From IMG/VR virus record IMGVR_UViG_2737471864_000005: a stretch of 10,260 bases of DNA, one strand, 5' to 3'. The DNA is from a virus (taxonomy: Duplodnaviria > Heunggongvirae > Uroviricota > Caudoviricetes). The notes beneath the pieces were generated by a model that saw only the letters and a list, made by a program, of their open reading frames with translations, was not told the DNA's origin and did no database searches. The translations under genes and the position numbers were made by a program. Below, piece after piece: positions 1 through 6,288 of this stretch (position 1 is the stretch's first letter; every line of letters begins with the position of its first letter).

Positions 1-30
1 TAAGTTGGAGTCATTACCCTCAAAATTTAA

Positions 31-71
31 AAATAAATAAAAAAAGGCGAAGCGTGAATACACGCCACGCC
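31..71 (-). terminator. Putative intrinsic terminator after the capsid gene
   Basis: Hairpin 46-71 (GGCG/CGCC and GCGTG/CACGC stems, AATA loop) followed on the minus strand by a T-run (complement of A-rich 31-45), 18 nt after the capsid stop. Confidence 0.55.
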
Positions 72-89
72 TCTATTACACGTTAAATA

Positions 90-1118
90 TTATTTAACAG
101 TGATTTGAACGGAGAAGCCAACGCCGTGGTTTACAACCATCTGGCTATTCTCTGTAACAACGTTAACAGCATCCCCGCGAGCAGACTCGTAACTGTAGCT
201 ATACACCTCAGCAGGAGCGGCATTAATCAGTTCAAAGGTGCTGGAAGCAGCCCCGTAGATGTTCTGATATACGTTAGAGCCTTTAGCAAACTTCGGAACA
301 GCTACAGCGTCTGCGGTCATATGTGCAAGGTGTAGCGGATCAGTCACTTTGATCAGGTCAATGTTAGTTCCTGGAATGGTGAAAGTAGTTACACCTGGTA
401 GCAGGGAACGCACATTAAACACCACGTTGGCATCGTCTACAGGGCTTGCATATTGGAAAGCATTGACCATACCAACACTGTAACGAATAGCGTTGAATGC
501 CGCAGGCTTACAGAATACTACGATACGCTCTACAGCAGCCGCCTGGCTTTGTGCTTTCTCCATAATATCCGTAGCAAGCTGGTCAAATTGCTTGAAAACG
601 GTCATTGTGTCAGTGGCGGAGGCGTTCACAGTGGCTTTCATAGGTGTCACATTAAACAGCTTGCCCCATTCGATAAGAACATCATCAGTTTTAGGCGTGT
701 AAGTTTTACCGCTAAACAGAGATGCAGCCAACACGCTCTCTTTTGTACGCTGATACGCTACGTGGTGTTTAGCGATATATTCCGCATAGATATCAGTGAG
801 TGTTTCCTGAAAATCAGTGCCAGGTTTACGTTTGCCTTGAACATCAGAAGGTCTAATCACATCTTCACGAAGAAAATACGGGATTTCAATCAGCCATTCT
901 TTACCTTGTTCTCGCTTAGTAACATTGTGTTCAGAACTAAAACGGCTTGTCTCTTTGTTAAAGAGAGATTCGTTGCTTTCGACAAGCTGTGAAACAGCTA
1001 CTTTGTGAGATGTAACCCCTACAGAATCCGTAAAATCAAGAGTAGAAAGCAGATAGTTTCTAGTGCTATGCGCAGAGAACAGAGGAGCTAAATCAACGTA
1101 ATCATTACCTAGAATCAT
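90..1118 (-). CDS. Major capsid protein, lambda gpE-like family
   Basis: 342-aa ORF, close to lambda gpE length. By-eye matches to remembered lambda gpE: FTDSVGVTSHKVAVSQL vs FRESYPFTTEKVYLSQI, SGKTYT vs KGKYTM, C-terminal GFSVQIT vs FVSVQLA. AAGGA SD 10 nt upstream of ATG; 18-nt gap to upstream gene. Confidence 0.8.
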   Translation of the reverse strand: MILGNDYVDLAPLFSAHSTRNYLLSTLDFTDSVGVTSHKVAVSQLVESNESLFNKETSRFSSEHNVTKREQGKEWLIEIPYFLREDVIRPSDVQGKRKPGTDFQETLTDIYAEYIAKHHVAYQRTKESVLAASLFSGKTYTPKTDDVLIEWGKLFNVTPMKATVNASATDTMTVFKQFDQLATDIMEKAQSQAAAVERIVVFCKPAAFNAIRYSVGMVNAFQYASPVDDANVVFNVRSLLPGVTTFTIPGTNIDLIKVTDPLHLAHMTADAVAVPKFAKGSNVYQNIYGAASSTFELINAAPAEVYSYSYESARGDAVNVVTENSQMVVNHGVGFSVQITVK

Positions 1119-1136
1119 TTATTATTATTCCTTTTA

Positions 1137-1499
1137 TTAAGAAGTGAAAACAGAATGGAACCCTTCAAGCTGGAAGCCTTTTTTAATTAATGCTGTTTTT
1201 GCTGCTTCACTTACAGCATTCAGCGCATCAGCTTTGATGCAGACAAGGCCAGCATTGCTACGTAGCACATCTACAGGCTTGTTTTCTCCAGCCGTTACAA
1301 ATTCACTCATAACAACATAGATATCATCTCCTGATTCATATTTAGCGCCAGTGCTGGTGATCAAGTCGCCGCACTCAACATCAGCAGGAAGAGAAGCAAA
1401 AACCTTGCTTTCTACAGAGGCAAACGGATCAGTACAATAAGCCACCAGATCTGTAAAAGTCTTTCGACTTGGAAATAGAGCGTCTAAATCAATAATCAT
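1137..1499 (-). CDS. Putative head decoration protein (gpD-like by size and position)
   Basis: 120-aa ORF immediately upstream of the gpE-like gene, as D precedes E in lambda; strong AAGGAG SD. Sequence similarity to lambda gpD is weak by eye, so the function rests mainly on synteny and size. Confidence 0.5.
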   Translation of the reverse strand: MIIDLDALFPSRKTFTDLVAYCTDPFASVESKVFASLPADVECGDLITSTGAKYESGDDIYVVMSEFVTAGENKPVDVLRSNAGLVCIKADALNAVSEAAKTALIKKGFQLEGFHSVFTS

Positions 1500-1708
1500 T
1501 TAGTAATCTCCTTAGCTTTTAATTTGATTAATTCATTAAGGGAAGGTGTAGACGGAGAAGAAGGAGAAAAATATTTTTCAACACATCTTTCTACTTCCTC
1601 TACAGAACACCCAGCGTATTTAGCTACCATTTCGGTAATTTGTGGATTGATCTTTAGCATTTCATCGCGATACTTGATGATTTGCTCTTTATCATTTAAG
1701 AACAACAT
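1496..1708 (-). CDS. Hypothetical 70-aa protein, first gene of the capsid operon
   Basis: ORF whose TGA stop overlaps the ATG of the downstream gene (ATGA overlap at 1496-1499), suggesting translational coupling. No recognisable motif. Confidence 0.45.
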   Translation of the reverse strand: MLFLNDKEQIIKYRDEMLKINPQITEMVAKYAGCSVEEVERCVEKYFSPSSPSTPSLNELIKLKAKEITK

Positions 1709-1830
1709 TTATATAAACCTTGTTACCTTGTTTAAAGTAAGAAATACAACTTTTAAGTTGCATAACGGGCAAAATAAAAGGCAGCATTTAAAGCCGCCTT
1801 TTATTAACTTGTACCTATGTAATTACCCTA

Positions 1831-1862
1831 TGTTATGCATACTCCAAGATGTATGCATAACA
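1831..1862. promoter_or_regulatory. Perfect 12-bp inverted repeat, candidate operator upstream of the capsid operon
   Basis: TGTTATGCATAC (1831-1842), 8-nt spacer, GTATGCATAACA (1851-1862), exact reverse complements, about 130 bp upstream of the operon start codon at 1708. Confidence 0.5.
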
Positions 1863-1882
1863 AAGGAAAAAAGAGGTATAAT
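1854..1882 (+). promoter_or_regulatory. Possible plus-strand sigma70-like promoter overlapping the palindrome
   Basis: Exact TATAAT at 1877-1882 with a weak -35-like TGCATA about 17 bp upstream; would drive a short transcript toward the weak hairpin plus T-tract at 2041-2062. Confidence 0.25.
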
Positions 1883-2060
1883 GACACAGTATTTACTTAA
1901 GGAGGAGGAGAAGCGGGGAGCGGAGATTTTACTCCCCTTTAACGACAAGAAGAATTTTTAATATCGAACCAATAAAGGAAAAATAATCACCCCTATATAA
2001 TTATATTAACATACAATATATGAAATGCCAAGATATTTTACAACTTTTTTGTTGCTTTTT

Positions 2061-2399
2061 TTATTCTTCTGTGATAGCAGCGCCTAAGCGTTGTGCGAGT
2101 TCGATAAGGCCATCTCCCACATAGCGAACATCAGATTCAATATCTTCTATCCAGTTTGATAGCTCCCATATCTGATCCGCTGTTAGATATGCGTTCTCAC
2201 GCTTACAGAGCATCTCTACACGCTTAGAGAGGTGCTCAAAGGCATTCACAGCTAAATCCCAGTGTTTAAACGCCTCATTGAGTGCCGCTGGCGTGTTTTC
2301 TCTGTATGCTTCAAGTTCAGCGCGGTTTAAAGGCAGGAGGTAATCATCCTCATAATAATTAATTAGTGAGTAAATTGTGTCATACGTGTTTTTGTTCAT
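2061..2399 (-). CDS. Hypothetical acidic protein (112 aa from preferred start)
   Basis: ORF track gives 2061..2426; I prefer the ATG at 2399, which has a GGAG SD 9 nt upstream and sits just after the upstream gene stop (2401-2403). No recognisable domain. Confidence 0.5.
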   Translation of the reverse strand: MNKNTYDTIYSLINYYEDDYLLPLNRAELEAYRENTPAALNEAFKHWDLAVNAFEHLSKRVEMLCKRENAYLTADQIWELSNWIEDIESDVRYVGDGLIELAQRLGAAITEE

Positions 2400-2400
2400 A

Positions 2401-2811
2401 TTAAAAGTCTCCATAGTGATCAGCATTCTCTAAAATCTGGAAGTCTGGGACTAAGTTATTTAGGCCATTGGTGGCGAGATAACCGACGTAGTGGTTATAG
2501 TCTTCAAATCCTAAAATCTGGTATTTGCGCAAATCAGAGCTATCAACGATATACTCTTTTCTTTTTCTAGGTTTCCAGAATACGCCAGGTGTTGAAGATA
2601 AGATTTCTTGTAATGCGTTAAATTCATCTCCGCAAGGCACAGAGGGAGAATGTTCTATGATCTCTGTTTTCCATTCGCCAGGGGCGCTATTTTGCTTGGA
2701 GAGCGTAACTAGCTCTTTAAAGTCTTTACGTCTTAGAATAGATTTAGGTTTACTTAGAAGAGAAGCTGAATCACCGATTTTCTTAACAACGTTGTTTTTT
2801 CTTTTTGCCAT
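2401..2811 (-). CDS. Hypothetical protein with basic N-terminus (136 aa)
   Basis: ORF with AAGGA SD upstream; lysine/arginine-rich N-terminus (MAKRKNNVVKK). No recognisable domain. Confidence 0.55.
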   Translation of the reverse strand: MAKRKNNVVKKIGDSASLLSKPKSILRRKDFKELVTLSKQNSAPGEWKTEIIEHSPSVPCGDEFNALQEILSSTPGVFWKPRKRKEYIVDSSDLRKYQILGFEDYNHYVGYLATNGLNNLVPDFQILENADHYGDF

Positions 2812-2902
2812 TATTTACTTTTCCTTTTCTTTTAAAGGAAAACACCCCGAAGTATGTTTCTACGAGCATAAAAAACAACAACCACCACATAGCTATTACC
2901 AT
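2783..2902 (-). CDS. Candidate small hydrophobic peptide (39 aa), low confidence
   Basis: Hand translation of the 132-bp gap between the 92-aa and 136-aa genes: MVIAMWWLLFFMLVETYFGVFSFKRKGKVNNGKKKKQRC, hydrophobic N-terminus with basic tail, AAGGA 10 nt upstream. Overlaps the start of the 136-aa gene out of frame; could be a chance ORF in AT-rich DNA. Confidence 0.2.
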   Translation of the reverse strand: MVIAMWWLLFFMLVETYFGVFSFKRKGKVNNGKKKKQRC

Positions 2903-2943
2903 AATAATGTTTTCCTTTTATATTTTAATTACATAGAGAGATT

Positions 2944-3222
2944 TTAGAGAGTGGAATAGATGAAGTCTATTTCTCTGTCTAGTCTTTTGAGATTGAATGT
3001 AGAGAAAGATAATTCTTTAATCTCAATAACACCGAAGTTTGATAGCTGTTTCAGCCAGAATTTTAAACCATCTTCAGAGCACCCTGCTCGGTGTAACACA
3101 TCGCTATATTTTAGCGGTGTTGGCTTTCCTTTATAGAGGTAAGCAAGTGTTTCGTAGATGCGTTTTCCTGTGTCATTACACTGAATTCTGTCTACTTGAT
3201 TTTTTACTAAATATTGAATCAT
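2944..3222 (-). CDS. Hypothetical small protein, possibly DNA-binding (92 aa)
   Basis: ORF with strong AAGGAGG SD; 11-nt gap after the upstream gene. Possible helix-turn-helix-like segment, not verifiable by eye. Confidence 0.5.
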   Translation of the reverse strand: MIQYLVKNQVDRIQCNDTGKRIYETLAYLYKGKPTPLKYSDVLHRAGCSEDGLKFWLKQLSNFGVIEIKELSFSTFNLKRLDREIDFIYSTL

Positions 3223-3233
3223 AACCCTCCTTA

Positions 3234-3905
3234 TTAAAATGGAATATCAAAGTCTTCATATACTTTGGGATGTTTCTTAGCAAAATATGCCTCAATACCA
3301 TTTGGTAGCTTTAACCTGTGCTTATAGGCTAACGATGTTGCAAATTCTATAAATGATGCTCCTCCTGTTCTTTTGTGTTTCTCCTGGATGATAAGAGAGG
3401 AAAAATTCTCTAACACATCCTCCTCATTATCATTAGCTACCTTTTCACTTGATGAAACAGGTGTTTCTTCCGTCTCCCAGGGTAAAGGCGTATCCCAATC
3501 ATCATCAAGAACATCAAAAGAAGGCTGTTTATTATCTTCCGTAGGGGGAAGCTGATCAGGAACAGTTTTAACAGTAGCTTCTTGTTGTGTCTGGGCTTCT
3601 TGTTCATAAGGAAGGACAATATAAGCATTTGTGCTACCTGCCCTTTCCTCAATCTTCAACCATCCAAAAGAAACAAGATCTTTGATATGACGGCGTACCG
3701 TCTGATCTGTACCTACTCCTAACCGCTCACCAATACCTTTCAAAGATGGTGTTACCTTTTGGTATGTGCCAGATAAACTTAACAAATAAGAATAAATGAT
3801 CTTATGGTGTAGTTTTACTTCTTTTGTTTTGCCGTTAATCACCAGGGAAGTGATTGCTAGTAAGTCATAATCTATTCCTAAAAAAGGTTTTGTATGTTTA
3901 ATCAT
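3234..3905 (-). CDS. Winged-HTH DNA-binding protein with acidic linker; possible replication initiator or replisome organiser
   Basis: 223-aa ORF with AAGGAG SD. N-terminal region (KIIYSYLLSLSGTYQKVTPSLKGIGERLGVGTDQTVRRHIKDLVSFGWLKIEE) resembles wHTH domains of phage O / DnaD-type initiators; central acidic tract (DDDWDTPLPWETEE). Function is an architectural inference. Confidence 0.55.
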   Translation of the reverse strand: MIKHTKPFLGIDYDLLAITSLVINGKTKEVKLHHKIIYSYLLSLSGTYQKVTPSLKGIGERLGVGTDQTVRRHIKDLVSFGWLKIEERAGSTNAYIVLPYEQEAQTQQEATVKTVPDQLPPTEDNKQPSFDVLDDDWDTPLPWETEETPVSSSEKVANDNEEDVLENFSSLIIQEKHKRTGGASFIEFATSLAYKHRLKLPNGIEAYFAKKHPKVYEDFDIPF

Positions 3906-3959
3906 TAAAAAAGCTCCTTGATGTAATCACGCTCTACGGCGCTACTATGGTGATAAAAA

Positions 3960-4130
3960 TCACTTGCTTTTATTTGAGAGTGTTTCAGCCTCTCTTTTCA
4001 ACATATCAAGAATGTAATCTGTGACAGTGATACGTCTACTTCTGGCTTCTTTAAATAACACCTGAAATACTTCATCAGGAATATGAAAGCAAGTGCGTGG
4101 TTGTCTTTTCTTTTCTGTAGTTTCGCTCAT
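3960..4130 (-). CDS. Ribbon-helix-helix (CopG/Arc-type) DNA-binding protein (56 aa from preferred start)
   Basis: ORF track gives 3960..4175; the in-frame ATG at 4130 has a strong AAGGAG SD 6 nt upstream and avoids overlap with the upstream gene. PRTCFHIPDEVFQVLFKEARSRRITVTDYILDMLKRE fits a beta-strand plus two-helix RHH pattern. Confidence 0.55.
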   Translation of the reverse strand: MSETTEKKRQPRTCFHIPDEVFQVLFKEARSRRITVTDYILDMLKREAETLSNKSK

Positions 4131-4149
4131 AGTTTTCTCCTTCTTTTCT

Positions 4150-4338
4150 TTACTCTGTTTCAGATTCTTTTTCATTTTTTCTTAGTTCATCAATAATCTT
4201 GAGTGCTTCATTGAAGCAAGCTGCTCGCTCTGGATAACCTCGACTCCTTGCCATATTACGATTCATTACTACTTGATGGCGAGATAACTCACCTTTTTTA
4301 AATGCCGAGACGACGTGTTCCGGTGTAAACCATTTCAT
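4150..4338 (-). CDS. Hypothetical 62-aa protein, first gene of the regulatory operon
   Basis: ORF with AAGGAG SD 6 nt upstream, directly downstream of the predicted promoter and leader hairpin. Confidence 0.5.
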   Translation of the reverse strand: MKWFTPEHVVSAFKKGELSRHQVVMNRNMARSRGYPERAACFNEALKIIDELRKNEKESETE

Positions 4339-4355
4339 AAAAAACTCCTTATTCA

Positions 4356-4394
4356 GTTAAAAGAAAAAACACCTTGCAAGCCTGACGGCTTCAA
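4356..4394 (-). terminator. Leader hairpin plus U-tract, possible attenuator
   Basis: Stem AAGCC/GGCTT with TGAC loop (4378-4391), extended by TTG/CAA with a 1-nt bulge; on the minus strand followed by GGTGTTTTTTCTTTT. Lies between the predicted promoter and the first RBS. Confidence 0.4.
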
Positions 4395-4444
4395 AGTGCA
4401 TTGATTTTGATTATTTAGAGAAGAATGTTTTCTGTCCCTCTAAT

Positions 4445-4477
4445 ACCTATTATTACATATAAAGAAACATTTGTCAA
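4445..4477 (-). promoter_or_regulatory. Putative sigma70 promoter for the 4338-to-2061 operon
   Basis: Minus strand reads TTGACA (plus 4472-4477), 17-nt spacer, AATAAT; about 100 nt upstream of the first start codon. Confidence 0.4.
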
Positions 4478-5009
4478 TACCTTTTCACAAAAAATCTGAT
4501 CTTTTTCATGCACTTACATTTTTTCTTAGCTATTCGTGCTCTTCTGTGTAGTGCTATTCTTCATTATCCGCTAAAACGCTCTAAAACGCGTTCTAACGAG
4601 ATTTTGATAAAAGCAATACATTCCCTTATGTAATGGCTGTTTAGCTCGCCAGAGGCTTATTTAAGGGGCTTATTTTGTATTTGTTAGGTATATGAAAAGG
4701 TGATTGTAGATATAAGATAGAGAGTCACTTTATAAAACGCTCTGTAAAGCCCTGTAGTGAGTTTATATATGTAGACAATGCGTTTCCATTCCCTACCCTG
4801 CTTAATGCTGTTAGAGAAGCATTTAGACCCCTTATTTTTAATTAATTAAAGTATCCTCTATACACTCCTGTTATGAAACACCTCTGAATCCTTCATAAAA
4901 CACATTATGACGCAAAGAACACTTTTCTAAGGTGATTCCCTTCCTGAATGCTGTTTCTTGCGTCAGAGAGCTACAGAGAGCTTATAAAGCTATTATTAAT
5001 AATAAAGTA

Positions 5010-5062
5010 GATAAGTAAGATAAGTAAGTAAGATAACTAAGATAGATAAGATTAATAAGATC
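5010..5062. repeat. Tandem degenerate 9-mer array (GATAAGTAA-like, 5 units)
   Basis: GATAAGTAA, GATAAGTAA, (GTAA), GATAACTAA, GATAGATAA, GATTAATAA, GATC read directly from the sequence. Confidence 0.6.
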
Positions 5063-5105
5063 AGAATTCTCTTTCGGTGTCGCCTCTGGCTTTTCCACCG
5101 AAAAC

Positions 5106-5260
5106 AATTACACGACTACAGAATGTAGAAGTGGAATTGTATTGAGGCTTAGTGAAATTACACGAGGAAAGCAGAGTGTAATTGAGCTTTAGCCACTCTC
5201 TCTTCGAGTAATTACACAACTACAGAGAATAACAGAGTTATTAAGTGTAGGAGGGTAATT
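5106..5260. repeat. Cluster of AATTACAC motifs with nested short inverted repeats
   Basis: AATTACAC at about 5106, 5157 and 5210; AATTACAC-N12-GTGTAATT inverted pair (5157-5183); CTACA-N-TGTAG dyads at 5115-5127 and 5219-5250; AATAAC-AGA-GTTATT at 5228-5242. Confidence 0.55.
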
Positions 5261-5323
5261 AAGAGGTAGAGAGATAGAGTTAACACGTAAGCAATCTGTA
5301 GATTGGTTAGGTGATTACTCTTA

Positions 5324-5495
5324 CTGCGCACAGCGCAATAGTATTTCTTCGTGGGCGTTATCGCCAACGAAGTTACACGAAGAAAGTAACGCTTTGCTTT
5401 CGGTGTGAGCGGAACGGGCCAGCCAACGTAGCCCGAAAGGTAGCGGAGTAAGGCTGCTTGCCAGAGAGTGAAGCTAACGCCGGAAGGCAAAAAGA
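5324..5495. other. GC-rich island of consecutive stem-loops (candidate structured RNA or DNA site)
   Basis: TGCGC-ACA-GCGCA (5325-5337); CTTCGT-G-GGCG-TTAT-CGCC-A-ACGAAG (5347-5372); GTTAC-N9-GTAAC (5372-5390); CGGGC-N11-GCCCG (about 5414-5434). Markedly more GC-rich than its flanks. The only ORF here (5212..5499 minus) is low-complexity and likely spurious. Confidence 0.35.
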
Positions 5496-5498
5496 TCA

Positions 5499-5675
5499 TA
5501 TATATATAGATATAAAGAATATTATTTAATTATTATTTAATTATTCTTATTAACTTATTCTTATCGGGTATCAGTTTTGATAGGGGTAGGGGTATCAGAC
5601 TTGATAGGGGTAGTCATATCAAAGTTAATAGGGGTATCAATATTGATAGGGGTAACAGAATTCTGTGGGGGTAGC
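5499..5675. promoter_or_regulatory. Candidate replication origin: AT-rich unwinding tract plus five palindromic iterons
   Basis: Near-pure AT tract 5499-5562, then TGATAGGGGTA-type units starting at about 5578, 5602, 5626, 5644 and 5664 (spacing 24, 24, 18, 20 bp). Units form TGATA-GGGG-TATCA dyads, consistent with a dimeric binding protein. Confidence 0.5.
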
Positions 5676-5716
5676 TCACAGTGACCTACCGTTACTACCA
5701 ATCATCACATAGCACT

Positions 5717-6200
5717 CTGTGTAATGTCTTTCTATGTGCGTGCCATAATCCCCCTATATTCCCTGTGTAAATCATAGAATAATGCTCTCTATTCCCTGTG
5801 TAATTCCATACTAAAAAATCCAATGAAAAGTAGCTTAAAAGTGCAATTCTTACTTTCTTCACTTTTACATCACTTTCGCAAATCCTTGTGTAGTGCGGCT
5901 TACAGAGCACCATCAGAAATTGTTGGCTAAAAATTGTTCTGCTTGTTTCTTAATGAGTTTTCTTGTTTGTGCAAATTTTAAAATTTATTTTGTTTTTATA
6001 GCCTTATTTCGTGTAATGCGTGGCATAGCAAGCCCTTTTCTTGTGTTGTCAAGACATTTGGCAACGTTCAAACATCTGTTTAGAAATGCCAAATTGTTGA
6101 TCTAACAAATAAACCTGTATAAACAGAACACCATTTAATCTATCCCCCTGTGTATCCATTAGGCATACCAAATGAATACATCTAAATCGTGTAATATTCC
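5717..6200. repeat. Dispersed GTGTAAT / CTGTGTAA motifs (reverse orientation of the 5106-5260 cluster)
   Basis: CTGTGTAAT-like motifs at about 5717, 5765, 5800, 5885, 6010, 6148 and 6188, including ATTCCCTGTGTAA twice (5758-5812). Confidence 0.5.
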
Positions 6201-6285
6201 GTACCTATAAGGCTTGAAACAGACCAAATGAATACGATATACTCATTTGCATTGAAGTAGTGCCAAATCGATACATTAAGAGGAT
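6160..6285. promoter_or_regulatory. Candidate res site (three resolvase-binding subsites) upstream of the recombinase
   Basis: ACCAAATGAATAC at 6167-6180 and 6223-6235; the latter pairs with ATACTCATTTG (6239-6249) as an imperfect dyad; third related copy CCAAATCGATAC at 6263-6274. Ends just before the recombinase start. Confidence 0.4.
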
Positions 6286-6288
6286 TTT

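Noticed and set aside
105-992. Plus-strand ORFs 105..335, 453..992 and 493..702
   Set aside because: They lie entirely antisense within the well-supported gpE-like capsid gene and have no family-like sequence; treated as shadow ORFs.
1524-1961. Plus-strand ORF of 145 aa
   Set aside because: Overlaps the 70-aa minus-strand gene and the regulatory region, has low-complexity composition and no RBS; only its last 26 codons are discussed, as a possible short transcript.
2400-2426. Upstream ATG at 2426 as start of the 112-aa gene
   Set aside because: It has no SD and would overlap the upstream gene by 26 nt; the ATG at 2399 has a GGAG SD at good spacing. The choice stays uncertain.
2525-3652. Plus-strand ORFs 2525..2947, 3039..3224, 3373..3555 and minus-strand ORF 3437..3652
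   Set aside because: Antisense to, or out of frame within, the better-supported minus-strand operon genes; no RBS or motif support.
4131-4175. Upstream ATG at 4175 as start of the RHH gene
   Set aside because: No SD and a 26-nt overlap with the preceding gene, whereas the in-frame ATG at 4130 has a strong AAGGAG SD.
5563-5675. Iteron array as a CRISPR array or a ToxI-like type III antitoxin RNA
   Set aside because: Units are only 11 to 14 bp with about 10-bp spacers that are themselves related, far shorter than CRISPR repeats or ToxI-type repeat units; no cas or toxN-like gene is adjacent.
5212-6105. ORFs 5212..5499 (minus), 5695..5913 (minus) and 5893..6105 (plus) inside the large non-coding region
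   Set aside because: Low-complexity or repeat-derived translations that run across iterons and stem-loops, with no RBS; more likely non-coding.
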